Shown: positions 39,033 through 50,611 of the stretch, piece after piece | Layout: every line of letters starts with the position of its first letter | Position numbering within the stretch: the stretch's first letter is position 1 | Assembly: GCA_010015805.1 (NCBI GenBank) | Contig: ML978143.1 | Location: forward strand, 124,001-188,000 | Direction of reading: 5' to 3' | Origin: Rhizodiscina lignyota | Lineage: Eukaryota | Length of the DNA: 64,000 bases | Notes under the pieces: generated by a model | The model's database searches: none | What the model was told of the DNA's origin: nothing | What the model saw: the letters and a program-made list of their open reading frames with translations, nothing else | Made by a program: the position numbers and the translations under genes

Positions 39033-40178
39033 AGCCCATGCACGGCTCACTACAAGAGCTACTATAACTGGGAAGCGAAGATAAAATACCGGGATATCAA
39101 ACATATTATGTCCTTTAGCCCTCAGATACATGAAGACATCGGGCAAGCGATGCGCATATGTATTTGATAGCTTGATGCTGTAAAACCCAGAGAGGATTCA
39201 CCTCGAGCGCTGATTTATCGGAATTAGCGGGAATCGGGTGCCCTCCTTCGTGCTTTACCTGCGTTGCTTTATTTCGGCGGAGATCGGTTGCTGAGTGGGA
39301 AGTGAACGGACAGTAGACATTGTTGGTCATGAACTCGAACCAAAGTATGATGAAGACGTAATAAAGATGCACTAGCGCACCGTTGGCTATATGATTGGGA
39401 TCAGCTATTTCATCCCCCTCGAGCCTCGTGGCGTGAAGGTATCGAACATACTCGCTGCCTAAAACAATTCAATCCCAGCCCCTGACCTAGCTTGCGAAAT
39501 GTAGCAGTTTCTCCGGACATCCAGGCAAAACCCATCAGTAAACAGAGTTGTTGAAAGCCTCCTACTAGTCTCCATAAGACGATAATGTTTTATGGGTCAA
39601 CCTGATTGTACGCTTCTCCATTTTCTTTTCCCCTGCTTTTTATTTCATTTCGATGTTGCTCTTCTAACTCCTATTTTTCGTTCTCTTTTTCCCTTCTTAA
39701 ACCCTACTCTTTTCCTTCGAAATGGACTTTTTTATTGTGGCGCAAGGGTTGAGAAACGCTCGGGACTGAACCGGGAGCGCCGAAACTGGAGTACTTGACC
39801 AAATACGCGAAACTCTCCCCCCTTGAGTAAGTCGTGCGATTTACAGCTGATTTATATTTTACGAACGTTCCAGGCCTGGAAGGTGCACAAATAGCGAATC
39901 ATGTCGCGGTGGCCGTCGATCATATGCGCGATGGTCGAGATGCATTTACGTCACGACTTGGGATCGCGAACGCGAACTCAGGTGTGGATATTTCATGATA
40001 CCAATATATGCGCACTTGCGCTCTAGGATAAATTTTGATTCCCAATCTTCTCAATATCCTGTATAAATGCCGAATGCGACCTGTCACTCCTCAATACACT
40101 TGCCAAACTCTGAAATCGCTGTCGTCTCCAGCTAAGAGCGCTGTCTTTAGACATATCTCAACCACGGTCCAAACCAAG

Positions 40179-40750
40179 ATGTCTTGTGAGTATGTCTCCC
40201 TCAAAATGCACAGACTTCGTATTTAATGCATGCTTAAGCATCTCTCGCCCTCAAGAATACTTCTCTAAACACAGCTCCTGGAGTATCGTTCAACTCCAAT
40301 CAGCAAACGCTCGTCTCCTCTATTTTAGACCTCTTCGCCGGCCACCCATCGAAAGAGAAATTTGCTCTCTGGACTGACGATGCTCTCTTTACCGACCCGC
40401 TAACCATTGCTCAAGGCCGCAAGCAGTACGAGGCGCAATGGTACGGACTAGCCCAGGCGTTCTCAACCATCGAGACTCAGTCGCACGAAGTGACGAGCGC
40501 AGGCAACCCGATTGTGATGAACTTGCGGAACAAATATACAGTCAAGGGTATCGGCAAGGAGACGACGATTCAGAGCGTTGTGAACATTTACACCGTAGGA
40601 GAAGGCGAGGCGCAGCGCATCGAGAAGGTGGAGGACAAGTGGGACGGTAAGCTGCCGGAAGGAGGGATCGCGAATGCGTTTAGAAGGCTGAATGCTGTCA
40701 CTGTACCGCACGTGGTTAGTGTGCCGAAAGATGGAGAGAAGGAGAACTGA
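40179..40750 (+). CDS. Conserved fungal NTF2/SnoaL-like protein
   Basis: ATG TCT T|gtgagt..cttaag intron. Reads SILDLFAGHPS..KFALWTDDALFTDPLTIAQGRKQYEAQWYGL..IEKVEDKWDGKLP..AFRRLNA. Confidence 0.82.
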
Positions 40751-41132
40751 ATTGAATTTTGCAGTCAAGATCTTGTACGAAGCACATAGAACGGCGTCCA
40801 AACAGACTCCAATTCCAATGCATATGATGTCTTTCCACGGGGCCCAGAACGATCAGAGTACGCTCAGCTCGTAAAAAAAACTGATATCCAGGTGTCTGTA
40901 CCCCAGGCAAGTCGATAGTCTCATCTCTAGTCACTCTCCACCTCCCTAACCACACTCGATTCAATCCTGTCATCCTGTCATCCTGCCATAAACCTCAACC
41001 ACGGGAATGCGACTATCTCCGACTCCCACGTTCATAGGCTGCCGGCCCTCAAGCTCAGTGCGAAACATCGTAACGGCGAGATCCAGGGTTCCCGGCGTTA
41101 GGACAAGATGCGTCATCAATCCGGTGATTATC

Positions 41133-41690
41133 TCAAACCTCACTACTCTCTCCACCTGCGGCACAAAAAAAGAGCGTGTCTAGAGAGCTCCCAGAGGTCC
41201 CTGCGCCGAGAATAGCCCTGCTGCACCAGAAAGTTGTGGAAGGGCATTGGCGGTCGATGGGCTGGGTCACAGAGGGCATTATTGTCGCCGTGACGGGGAC
41301 CGCTCCTTGCTGCTGCTGCGCCAGTTGCATGTGTATATCGACGATAATCTCGCCAGTCAAGTTGTACGCTCTGCCACGTAAGATGAGAGATCGAAGGGAG
41401 TGCCAGTACGCCACTCCTCCAAGCTGGCTCATCCACTCTCGCACGGTGCGGTTGTCTCGGTCGTCTCTAGCGTCGATGACGAAAGTGTTGCGCGAGAGGT
41501 AGAGATGTCGATAACTGGGCCAGATCTTGGCCGTTGAGGGCAGCGGCATGGGAACTGTGGTGGAGGTGGTGCAGTGCTTGCAGATTGATATTGGTTGGTC
41601 CTCCAGGACGGCAGCCTCGAACACCATATTAGCAAGCCCTTGTGTAGCTTCTTCAATATCAGTGTGGTATATGGGGGAAGGGTGAGCCTG
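41133..41690 (-). pseudogene. F-box-like protein, probably frameshifted
   Basis: LKKLHKGL/NMVFEAAVLEDQPISI resembles LPxELRNMIYE..L...PI.I but is split by a 1-nt shift near 41632. The 164-aa downstream ORF contains YLSRNTFVID. Confidence 0.38.
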
Positions 41691-44259
41691 TAAATATTAG
41701 CACTACTATCAAAAGATCTTCCTGCTATAAAACCTACCCATTTCTGCTCACATTTCCGCTTCCCAGGTTCGACTGTAGAGCCATTTGGCGTTCTTATCGA
41801 GAACTAGAGAAAAGGCTTCATGAATAGCTTGTTGGAACGGAAAGCTTCGCTGAGGAGGGTTACAAGCTGCAAATGTTTCGAGTGGTGGACGGGGATGAAG
41901 GAGGATCTTGGAGGTGTTCGTTTCGTTGGAGCAGGCGCAGGGAGAGAAGTAGTGAACGCCAGTCAAGAGCAGAACTAGATTCAAATTGTCAAGATGTCGA
42001 CGGAGAGAACGGGGACTTGCTATTTACGGTGTCCATTGCCCAATGTTTGCAGAAGCTTAGACAGACCGCAGATACGATAACAACAAACGTGTACGGTATA
42101 CAGAAGCTTCCTAGTGCCATTGACAGCTGATAGAAAGAGCTATCAAGCCCAGTCTTTCTCAGGATACACCAGTACGGTTTTGGCAGCTGTCTGAGTGTAT
42201 CAAAGACAGCTAGTAATGGAGTCATCCCTACTAGAGAGTCCATCATTGCAGCCATCTGAGCAGGTGCCGACAGAGAAGCAGCAAGTAGATGAACTAAATA
42301 GCGGCTGGAGGGCTCATTCTACGTGAGAAATGTATATTGCGTTAACGCTATGAATACGGGCCCGGCTGTGATAGTTGTGGGGCTGCTGGTCACTAACCGA
42401 CTTTGGTGGGCGTTTCAACCAATCGCTGTCGAGTTGCTCGTGAAACAACTAAGGACCACTAGGGTGCAAGATATACGTTCTCAGGGTATAAATACTTTCT
42501 CTTCTTCGAGCTCTCTCTCTCTTTGCTTCCTCAGCTCTCTTGCCTTTTGGGTTCGTGTAGTGTCTGTTCTTTTTCCTATGAGTTAATCTCAAAAACCAGA
42601 CTACGGTCTGAACGAGATTACTCTAATATTTGGCCCCGGGGGGGATTCCTCTAAGTTTGCTTATGTTTTCTCCCACTGTGTCGCCGGTATTTGCACTACC
42701 TCCGGCTGACGCGAACATCTTTAGATTTCTTTTCATTAATACTTCCACCTGGTGTGGGAGGTTGACGAAGAGAGAGCTGGCCATTGTGACTTTTCCCGCT
42801 GAGTGTGACAATGCTGTTGTGGTGATGTTGTGGTGATGTTATGCGTTAGAGCTATGATGTCCCGATGCTGCTATGCGATGCGCGTTGTAAGTGTCGGCTA
42901 TATGCAAGTCTATTAGTCTAACGTATTCAAATATCACTCCCACAGAACCTAGGAATGTAATTTTTTGCGTTTGTGCCCGCTTTGTGTTGACGTGAGACCT
43001 TAGAAGCGTTGTTTGCCCATCCACCCGACGAGCAAGCACAGCAGCTCCTTAAGCCCCCCGACTAAGAGAGTCCATTGCCGTAGAAAACTACTTGCTTGAG
43101 ACGACAAGAAGCATATAGGCAACCGAGATTTGATAGTATCTCTTATTGCTTTGCCTTTGTTGTGGTGATGTAGCCAACTTCGCACTTTACCACCGTGCCT
43201 GATTTGAGCGGGTGCGTGGTGCGCGCTCACCACCCCCCCGGCAAGATCTAAACTTCCAAACCACAACATGCCATCTTAGAGCATTGCGAATATTATTCGA
43301 GCTCTAGAAACAGTGCCATGTCATCTCCAAGTGTCCCCGTACAGAGTACGAGAGGACTCACTCGCCGCGTCGCGACTCAGTAGCTCTCCCAGACCCACAC
43401 GATTTTTCACAATCGCACACCGAGAAGCACCTTCGAATTGCAACATCACCACAGCCACGATCTATCTCCTTATAATCTCATCCAAAACTACGAGAGCAAG
43501 CTCTATTCCCGCTCTGAGTCAATTTGGACACAGCCCAGGCAAGGAGAATAGTGGGTTTGTGGAAGACGGCAGGATAGGGCTGATACGCGTACGAGAGGAT
43601 CACAACGATAAATAAAGGAATAGAGAGATATAGATCGATGAAGATGTTGACAAAGAGCAAGGCATAGGTCCAAGGCGCCTACACAGAGCCGAGCAGTTCC
43701 TCTTAGATGTCGCGAGGGCCACAGACCACTGTCAACCCACAACAACGCCAATGTTTCGTCGCAGCGCAGCAGGAACCTCATGAGGTAGAACAATGTGGCG
43801 CATAGGCTTCATCTAAGCCGTATCGACGCAGAATCCAACGGTAGTATGGAGTGAACGCCGCGGCAGAATGCGACGAAGGCCTTTGACCGCCAGATTAGCG
43901 GCCTAGACGACAGCTGAGACACCTCCACAGGAGCCCAGGCCATTATTCCGGAGCATTATCAGCTGCAGCACATTCCACCTGAGCTCATACGCCGGCGAGA
44001 CCCTCAGATGCTGGCATTTCATCGCCCAGCCGAAAAGTAGCAAAGTGAACGATGCGCCTTCGGCCCTCTTCCTCAAGCATCCGAACCTCCGACAGCGACG
44101 TACGACGCACAGTGGCCACACACCTCCCAAATTACACAGATGGTAACTGACAGGTCTGACCTGGAAGAGAAGACACCGTCCCACAGGCGGAGCATCTAGC
44201 GGAAGAGGAGGCTATGCGGCGAGAATGAGTAGACTTAGTCTTGGGACGGCAAAACAATC

Positions 44260-44550
44260 AAGCAATAAGAGATTAGAGTCGCAAGAGAGCCACACGGCAA
44301 GGAGGGATCAGATAGGAAGAGCCTCTGAGAGCAGGATGGTTAGACGGGAAGATAATTAGACAACAAGAAGACTAAGCAGCAAGAGGACCGGACAGCAGGA
44401 GGACCGGACAGCAAGAGGATCAGAGAGTACAAGCTTCGGGCGGCAAAGAGCATCAGGCAGCAAGAGCATCCGGCAGCAGGAGGACTGGATAGCAAGACCT
44501 TCGGATAGCAGAAGGATTGGATAGTAGGAGCCAGGACTGGACAGCAAGAC
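44260..44550 (+). repeat. Degenerate 16-bp minisatellite (consensus CAGCAAGAGGACCGGA)
   Basis: Units at 44377, 44393, 44409 and onward (cagcaagaggaccgga, cagcaggaggaccgga, cagcaagaggatcaga, cagcaagagcatccgg, cagcaggaggactgga, tagcaagaccttcgga). More degraded copies extend upstream. Confidence 0.8.
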
Positions 44551-47407
44551 TCGCGGAGACGCTCAATCTCGAAGAGACTTCAGATACGTGAGGTATTCGG
44601 TGTACTGGACATATGAGACCTCCAATAGCTCACTTGGAAACAAGCCGGCCTGTCGTCTCCCTGGGTGGAGGGCAACCATGCTCCCCCACTCCAAGGATGA
44701 CATTGATTCGCATGGATGGGTCGAAATTACTTGCGCTGACGAAGCACGTCATGTGGCACAACTACCAAGGCCACGACAAGGCAAAGCGACAACAGGCATG
44801 GCTAGCTTGACAGCGGCCAGGTCCTGTCCAGCTTTGGAGAAGCGTTGCTACGAGTGTTAGAAGACCTCCATGGAAACCGACTTTTCAAGGAGACTGCTCG
44901 AAGCGCAAGACCTTGAATTCCCAAGACCAAGATCCCCTTTACTCCTTTTTATCCAAAACGGGAACTTCGGTAACGGTATGTTGAAGTTTGCCCTCTGATC
45001 TCCTCTCATTTCTTATTTGTCATGACTTTTGCGAGCCCCGGCGCGCGTGAGTTGGTCTTGCGGATGGGCTCAGAGATCCAACTTTCGTATTCGACCGGTG
45101 TCCAACAAGTCGACATGCGGCCACCCCCTGAACAGAGATGAAAATTGAACTCATCAACCTCAGCGAGGCTGAATTACCACAAGAGTTTGGAAACAGGCGA
45201 AGACGACGATCCGTACTGATGGCCAAAGACCCGCACATTTGAGAAGACTCGCGCCAAGCAAGAGCCGATGGATCGCTTCCTGGGATATCACTTAACTGGC
45301 GATAGATCCAATATCTACTCAGCCATGACCACAAGCCACTAAGTCCACTCTTCAGGATGGGTAACAAGGGTTCTCAAGTTCTCATGGATGTCCCAACACG
45401 TTGGCTGAGTGCCACCAAACACTGGAACCAAATTTTCAGTTTTCTAAAAGAGCCATGTTCTCCGTGGTGGAGCTGTGTGAATAAGGGACAACATATTAGA
45501 CGTCGTCCCTTGTGCATCGTTTGTCATGCTGGAAAGAGACCGGCTGTCTCGTTCGACCTGCATGTCAGTTGAACCATACAGCCCCGAAGCTTAGGAGTCC
45601 AGGAAGCCAGGAAGACCGGCCTTGCCAGCGTCTTGGATCTTTATGTCTTTTCTACGACATATGTGGCAGTGCCTTTCCATGGTACAAGACGTTTTGACAA
45701 CATTCAACGGAGGCGAATGTGAATCGTCCTAAAATCGTCCAACTCGAAGTCATCCGGTCGATCGACCTTCTGGCTAGCACTAGGAACTTCCTCGCCTTGC
45801 CTGTGCCTTGAGCCAATTAAGAAGACCGTACATTCAAGAGCCAATGTCTGATGACCAAGTCGTGGGTTGCGCCAATCAGTTACCCATTATCGCTCGCGAT
45901 GAGTTCTTTCAAGATGTCCAGGCAGCTTTGCGGAAAGAGCAACGAGTTGGTCAGCGTAGCATTTCGTTCCACTGCATTTATTGCTTTCGTCTTCATCCTC
46001 TCAAGTGTGGCGCTCATTCCGGATCATGTCTTCTATGCTCGAGACCTCGAACCTCATTGGTACGCCTGGTACGGACTGCCATATGTACCCCGTATTTACG
46101 AGTGCCGCTATCGTAGATCTGCATTCAAAGCTCGACAAGATCAATGTTGAGTGACTTCAAGTTGGAATGCCAACTGGCAATCATGAAGAGGTGGAAACTC
46201 TTTGTGAGAATGCTTCGAGGCAGAGAACCGGTTGAACGACTGCCCGCTGTCTCATCAAGCACTGAGGTCAATGTGTTCCAAGTGTCATTTATCATCAACG
46301 AGCCGTTGTATCGTTAAACTCATCTTCCTGATCAGTCTCTTTGTTGGTCTTTGACGGCCATTGCTTCAAAGAGGGCATGGGTCTCGCCGTGCTGCTCCGA
46401 GGTTCCTCGATGCGACCTCTGACGGCTGGCAGAGGTGTTCTTGTCGGTGGAGTCGATGTGTCTGCAAGCCAAATCTCAATGATACTTAGATGAGAGTCTC
46501 CTCTAAATCAACTGAGACAATGCTGTCGGAGTTGCACGAGATATCATCTTCTGCGCACGGCGTGGCTGTTGACCGATCTCGACAGCTCCTGAATGTTCTC
46601 TGGAGGCAGGAGGCATCAAGCAGCGTGTTATCCCAAAGCCCAAGCTCTGATTCGTAAGAAACTAGAGCGAGTCAAGCTACCAGCGCTTCATATTGTTGTA
46701 TGTGTAGAGAGAAGGTCAGGGGTGTTCCTGCACGATCAGCTCCACGGCTCTGATGCATCTGCTCATGCCGACGATCGCTCTTGCACTGGTGTCGTTTGTG
46801 CCCTGAGAACCGCAGAGGTCCTATGTGATGCCGCTTGGTCTGAAGTTCCCGGAGCAAGATGATTTTGTGTACAAGCGGCGAGTGTCGGCCGGCGGAATGT
46901 TGATTGAGAGAAGCACATCCTGGGAGAAAGCGTCGATATCACTCTGTGCCAGATGTGGATACTTGAACGTGGTCGTCGGTCGGCACGCTGCATCGAAGCT
47001 TATGATAACAAGCTCCTTTAAGCCTCGAGGGATGCGGAGGTGCAGGACGGGCGACGAATGTGGTTGGGTTGCGAAGGGGTGCCAGTCGTACCTGAAGTTA
47101 GCGTGGGTTTCGGAGCTGGCGGAAGGAGCGAGATCCGCGTTCCTTTTCCAAGGTTTCGGGTCTCCCACGCATCGACACTGTTTGCCTGCTGACGACATTA
47201 CCGGCTAGCTCTCTCCACAATGGCCACTTCGTTGCGAGCAACGGTCTCCTGTGCGAGGCACAGATGGCCTGGCTGAGGAATGGAAGCGTGGGAGGCACGC
47301 TGTGATATGTGTGGTAGGTTCACTGCAACAAGCGTCCCTTCCTGCCCAGCCGCAGAAGATACACAACCCTTCAGCTCACTCCCACAGAATCCCACGATCG
47401 AAACACC

Positions 47408-50101
47408 ATGGAAGACTCCACACCTGGGCCGCAACCAGCCTTGGACGCGACAGAGCCTCAGAGAAGACGACCACACGCCCTCGCACAGATCGGATATGGC
47501 TCAATGGCCGAGTCCGACATAGCCACCTCGTCGGGTGCATCGGGGGACGAACTCCAAGAAGCCCAGAAGACATCCCTCGAAGATGCTCGCTCAATCATTG
47601 AGGTCAGCATCAGCCAGGCTCAAGCACGCCTGACATCTTCACAAACCCCTGCAGCAGAAAAGGCGGCAGCATTGAGGGATGGCGGGGGATATTTCAGCGA
47701 CAGCTGGACGCCAGCTGAAGCGGATGGTCAGAGCCTGCTGGAAGAGGTACCGAGCTCGGTAGAACAGCACGTAGACATAGCGAAATCGGATGTACACGAT
47801 GGAAAAGAACAATTTCCATCACTCCAAACTACCCCTCCTGTACAACTCCAGAGACAACAGCTACCTGCACCATGGCAGGCCACGACCCGTCGGAAGGCAT
47901 CGAGGTCTGAAGCGATCAGGAACTCTATCAGCGAAGCATTCTTGCAGCATACTCGGAAATCGTCCTTCGGCGAAATGACCCGAAGATTTAACAACCTCAG
48001 CCTGCCTTCTCTCCCTAGAAGCTTCACATTGTCCAGCCTCGTTCCATCAATTCCATCTTTCGACGGGTCTAGTGCTTCAAAGGATGGTATGCTTGGCAGT
48101 CGCAATACCAATCTTACTTCACATGGCTCCTCTCCTGGACGAGCACTTCCTGACTCCGAAGACTCGAGGACGCGGCAAAGGCTACCCCAAAGACGCTCAA
48201 CAATATCAGTGACCTCTGATCGCTCACTACCTCCAGCCAACTTATCAACTCCTCAAGCGTCTCAAATGCGCAGTCCCCCGATATCTCGAAGAGACGCAGG
48301 CGATCCCATTGCCCGACTTCGGCGCGCAGCGTCCGATGATTCCTTGCTCCTCAGGAGAACAATGTCCATGGTCTCCTTAGGCGACGATACTCGGTTCGAA
48401 AATGTTCAGGAGCAAATAAATAGTCGGATCAAGGCTATCAGAGACACCCTACAAGATGTCGACTTCCGACTTCCCTCCCTACCGTCAATCAGTACCTTTA
48501 GTTTCACATCGTCGAAAGGCGACTCCTCACCAGATGGCCAAGCTCACGCGAGGGATACTACACCATCCATCCCTTCATCGGCCAAGTATAAACCAACACC
48601 TGCAGAAGAAAGGTTTACACGCGCAATATCTCAATTAGAAGGTGATGTGGTATTGCTCGGAGGCTACCGAGGCTCAACTTTGCGTTCTGCGGAGCCTCCG
48701 AACCGTAGACTTTGGATACCTTTGAAAGTGCCAATGGCATTGAGAAAAGTTAATCTGGAGCTTGGCCTGAAACCTGAGGATGAGGAGACCGAGGCACAGC
48801 GCATCTATCCCGATGGTATGTTAAGCCATATCGGCCCATTCGATATATCGCGGAAGCTGCTCAGACGGCTTCGTGCGTCTCCGAATGTTCACAAAGGGAT
48901 TTTACGAGTTCACGACTGGGGCTACGACTGGCGATTGGGCCCTCATCTCATCACTAAGAAATTCATCGAATTTCTTCGAAGCCTACCATGCAACCAGCCT
49001 GGGAGCAAGCAAGGTGCGACAGTCATTGCTCACAGCTTAGGAGGCCTCATTACTCGTCATGCAGTGAACCAGCATCCTGAGTTATTTGCAGGCGTCTTGT
49101 ATGCAGCGGTGCCTCAGACTGCAGTGAACATTCTAGGACCATTGCGGAATGGCGACGATGTGGGCCTCAGCTCCCGTGTCTTCACGGCACAAGTAAACTT
49201 CTCAATCCGTACCAGCTTTATCCTCCTCCCTCTTGACGGCAAATGTTTCATTGATAAGACTACCAAACAAGAATATCCCGTCGACTTTTTCGACCCCAAT
49301 GACTGGATCGAGCATTGCTGGTCCCCGGTTATCGCGCGACCGCAGCCGTCCCTGAAATCGTCCAATGCCCTGAGCGGACTCGTTGACTCGGTTGGTGGCC
49401 TGCTGCCCACCCTAACTGGCTTCGGAAGGCGCAGCTCTGTTAGAGTTAAAAGCAATGCTCCAAAGTCCCCCATGTCCACCTCCGACAAGATGGCCGCGAA
49501 AGCAGCCCATACAGCCGCTACCCTCGGAGAAGCTGCGACAGCTACGATACCATCTGGTATCCTTCCACAAATAGGCCCACATAACGACATGCATCAGCTA
49601 GCCAGCGCAATCGACTCGTCGAACGTCGCCACTACCGTTACCATCCCGTATCCAGATGCGATCGAATACCTTACTCGTACACTTGCCGATGTGAAGCGCT
49701 TCAAGCAGGAGCTGGCTCATAATCCTGCTCATGAGAGAGCTAATCTGTACCCTCCGCACGCCGTTCTCTTCGGCAAGAACGAACCTACCGTCGTCGGTGC
49801 TAAGGTCGAGGGAAGAGACGGGATTAAGCGTACCGACGCGTATGACAACCTTGCTTTCGGCAGCGGTGACGGAGTCGTCCTTGCGAAGGCGGCCCAGCTT
49901 CCGGAAGGCTACAAGGCCGTCCACGGAGGTATTGTTGATAGTGATAAGGGCCATGTGAGTGTACTTGGAGATCTTGAGGCTGTTGGACAATGCCTGCTGG
50001 CGTTGCAGAAGGGCAGGAGAATGGGCGTTGGATTGGGGGTCAAAAAGAAGGAGGGCTCGGCAGCGACTGAGCCGAAGAAGAAGAAATCTACCAAGCATTG
50101 A
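47408..50101 (+). CDS. LCAT/PGAP1-like alpha/beta hydrolase (yeast YJR098C-like) with a long disordered N-terminus
   Basis: 897-aa intronless ORF. GDVVLLGGYRGS.LR, GYDWRL, nucleophile AHSLGG, GDGVV (Asp), GHVSVLGDL (His). Basic C-terminus. Confidence 0.85.
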   Translation: MEDSTPGPQPALDATEPQRRRPHALAQIGYGSMAESDIATSSGASGDELQEAQKTSLEDARSIIEVSISQAQARLTSSQTPAAEKAAALRDGGGYFSDSWTPAEADGQSLLEEVPSSVEQHVDIAKSDVHDGKEQFPSLQTTPPVQLQRQQLPAPWQATTRRKASRSEAIRNSISEAFLQHTRKSSFGEMTRRFNNLSLPSLPRSFTLSSLVPSIPSFDGSSASKDGMLGSRNTNLTSHGSSPGRALPDSEDSRTRQRLPQRRSTISVTSDRSLPPANLSTPQASQMRSPPISRRDAGDPIARLRRAASDDSLLLRRTMSMVSLGDDTRFENVQEQINSRIKAIRDTLQDVDFRLPSLPSISTFSFTSSKGDSSPDGQAHARDTTPSIPSSAKYKPTPAEERFTRAISQLEGDVVLLGGYRGSTLRSAEPPNRRLWIPLKVPMALRKVNLELGLKPEDEETEAQRIYPDGMLSHIGPFDISRKLLRRLRASPNVHKGILRVHDWGYDWRLGPHLITKKFIEFLRSLPCNQPGSKQGATVIAHSLGGLITRHAVNQHPELFAGVLYAAVPQTAVNILGPLRNGDDVGLSSRVFTAQVNFSIRTSFILLPLDGKCFIDKTTKQEYPVDFFDPNDWIEHCWSPVIARPQPSLKSSNALSGLVDSVGGLLPTLTGFGRRSSVRVKSNAPKSPMSTSDKMAAKAAHTAATLGEAATATIPSGILPQIGPHNDMHQLASAIDSSNVATTVTIPYPDAIEYLTRTLADVKRFKQELAHNPAHERANLYPPHAVLFGKNEPTVVGAKVEGRDGIKRTDAYDNLAFGSGDGVVLAKAAQLPEGYKAVHGGIVDSDKGHVSVLGDLEAVGQCLLALQKGRRMGVGLGVKKKEGSAATEPKKKKSTKH

Positions 50102-50611
50102 GCGGCCATGCGGATTCTGGTTTTGACAAGCATAGATACCCATTAGATGAGCGTATGCTCGAATGCAAAATGTAAAGCCTTGAAGTTGTGCAAATCAGGA
50201 GGCTTTTCTAATTTGAACTGCAATGCAACACAATCGATTACAGTGGAAGCCATTTTAATAATTCACTCCATCTCCAACCTCACCGAAATAATTGATTTCG
50301 TTTCTACCTGTGGCGGTGCATTCTCCACAGTCTGACAGGGGAGCTTGGTGGGAGCTTTGAACACCTGGACTTTTCAACATGCCAGCCCCAAATTTATCGA
50401 TTGGCTACTTGTCGTCAACACGCTCATTTCTGGACATCTGGCAACACCCTTTAGAAGGCACTCGAATCCCGCGGGACCTGTATAAGATTCATGTCCGCCT
50501 ATTCAATGTCAAATTAACTTCTTTTCATTCCCTTCAACACACTTATCTGTCGCAAATACGCCACACGCGACCCTCCACCGTCTCTCCAAAATAATTTCCA
50601 CGATACACAAT

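Noticed and set aside
39600..39735. Long T/C-rich tract
   Set aside because: Low-complexity intergenic sequence with no defined period or structure.
42000..44250. Short ORFs on both strands
   Set aside because: No recognisable motifs or consistent splice structure. Likely decayed or non-coding DNA.
44260..44550. CRISPR-like array
   Set aside because: Eukaryotic context; the units are contiguous and degenerate with no unique spacers.
50330..50600. UPR element upstream of LHS1
   Set aside because: Expected biologically, but only partial matches were seen, which is not enough to call a site.
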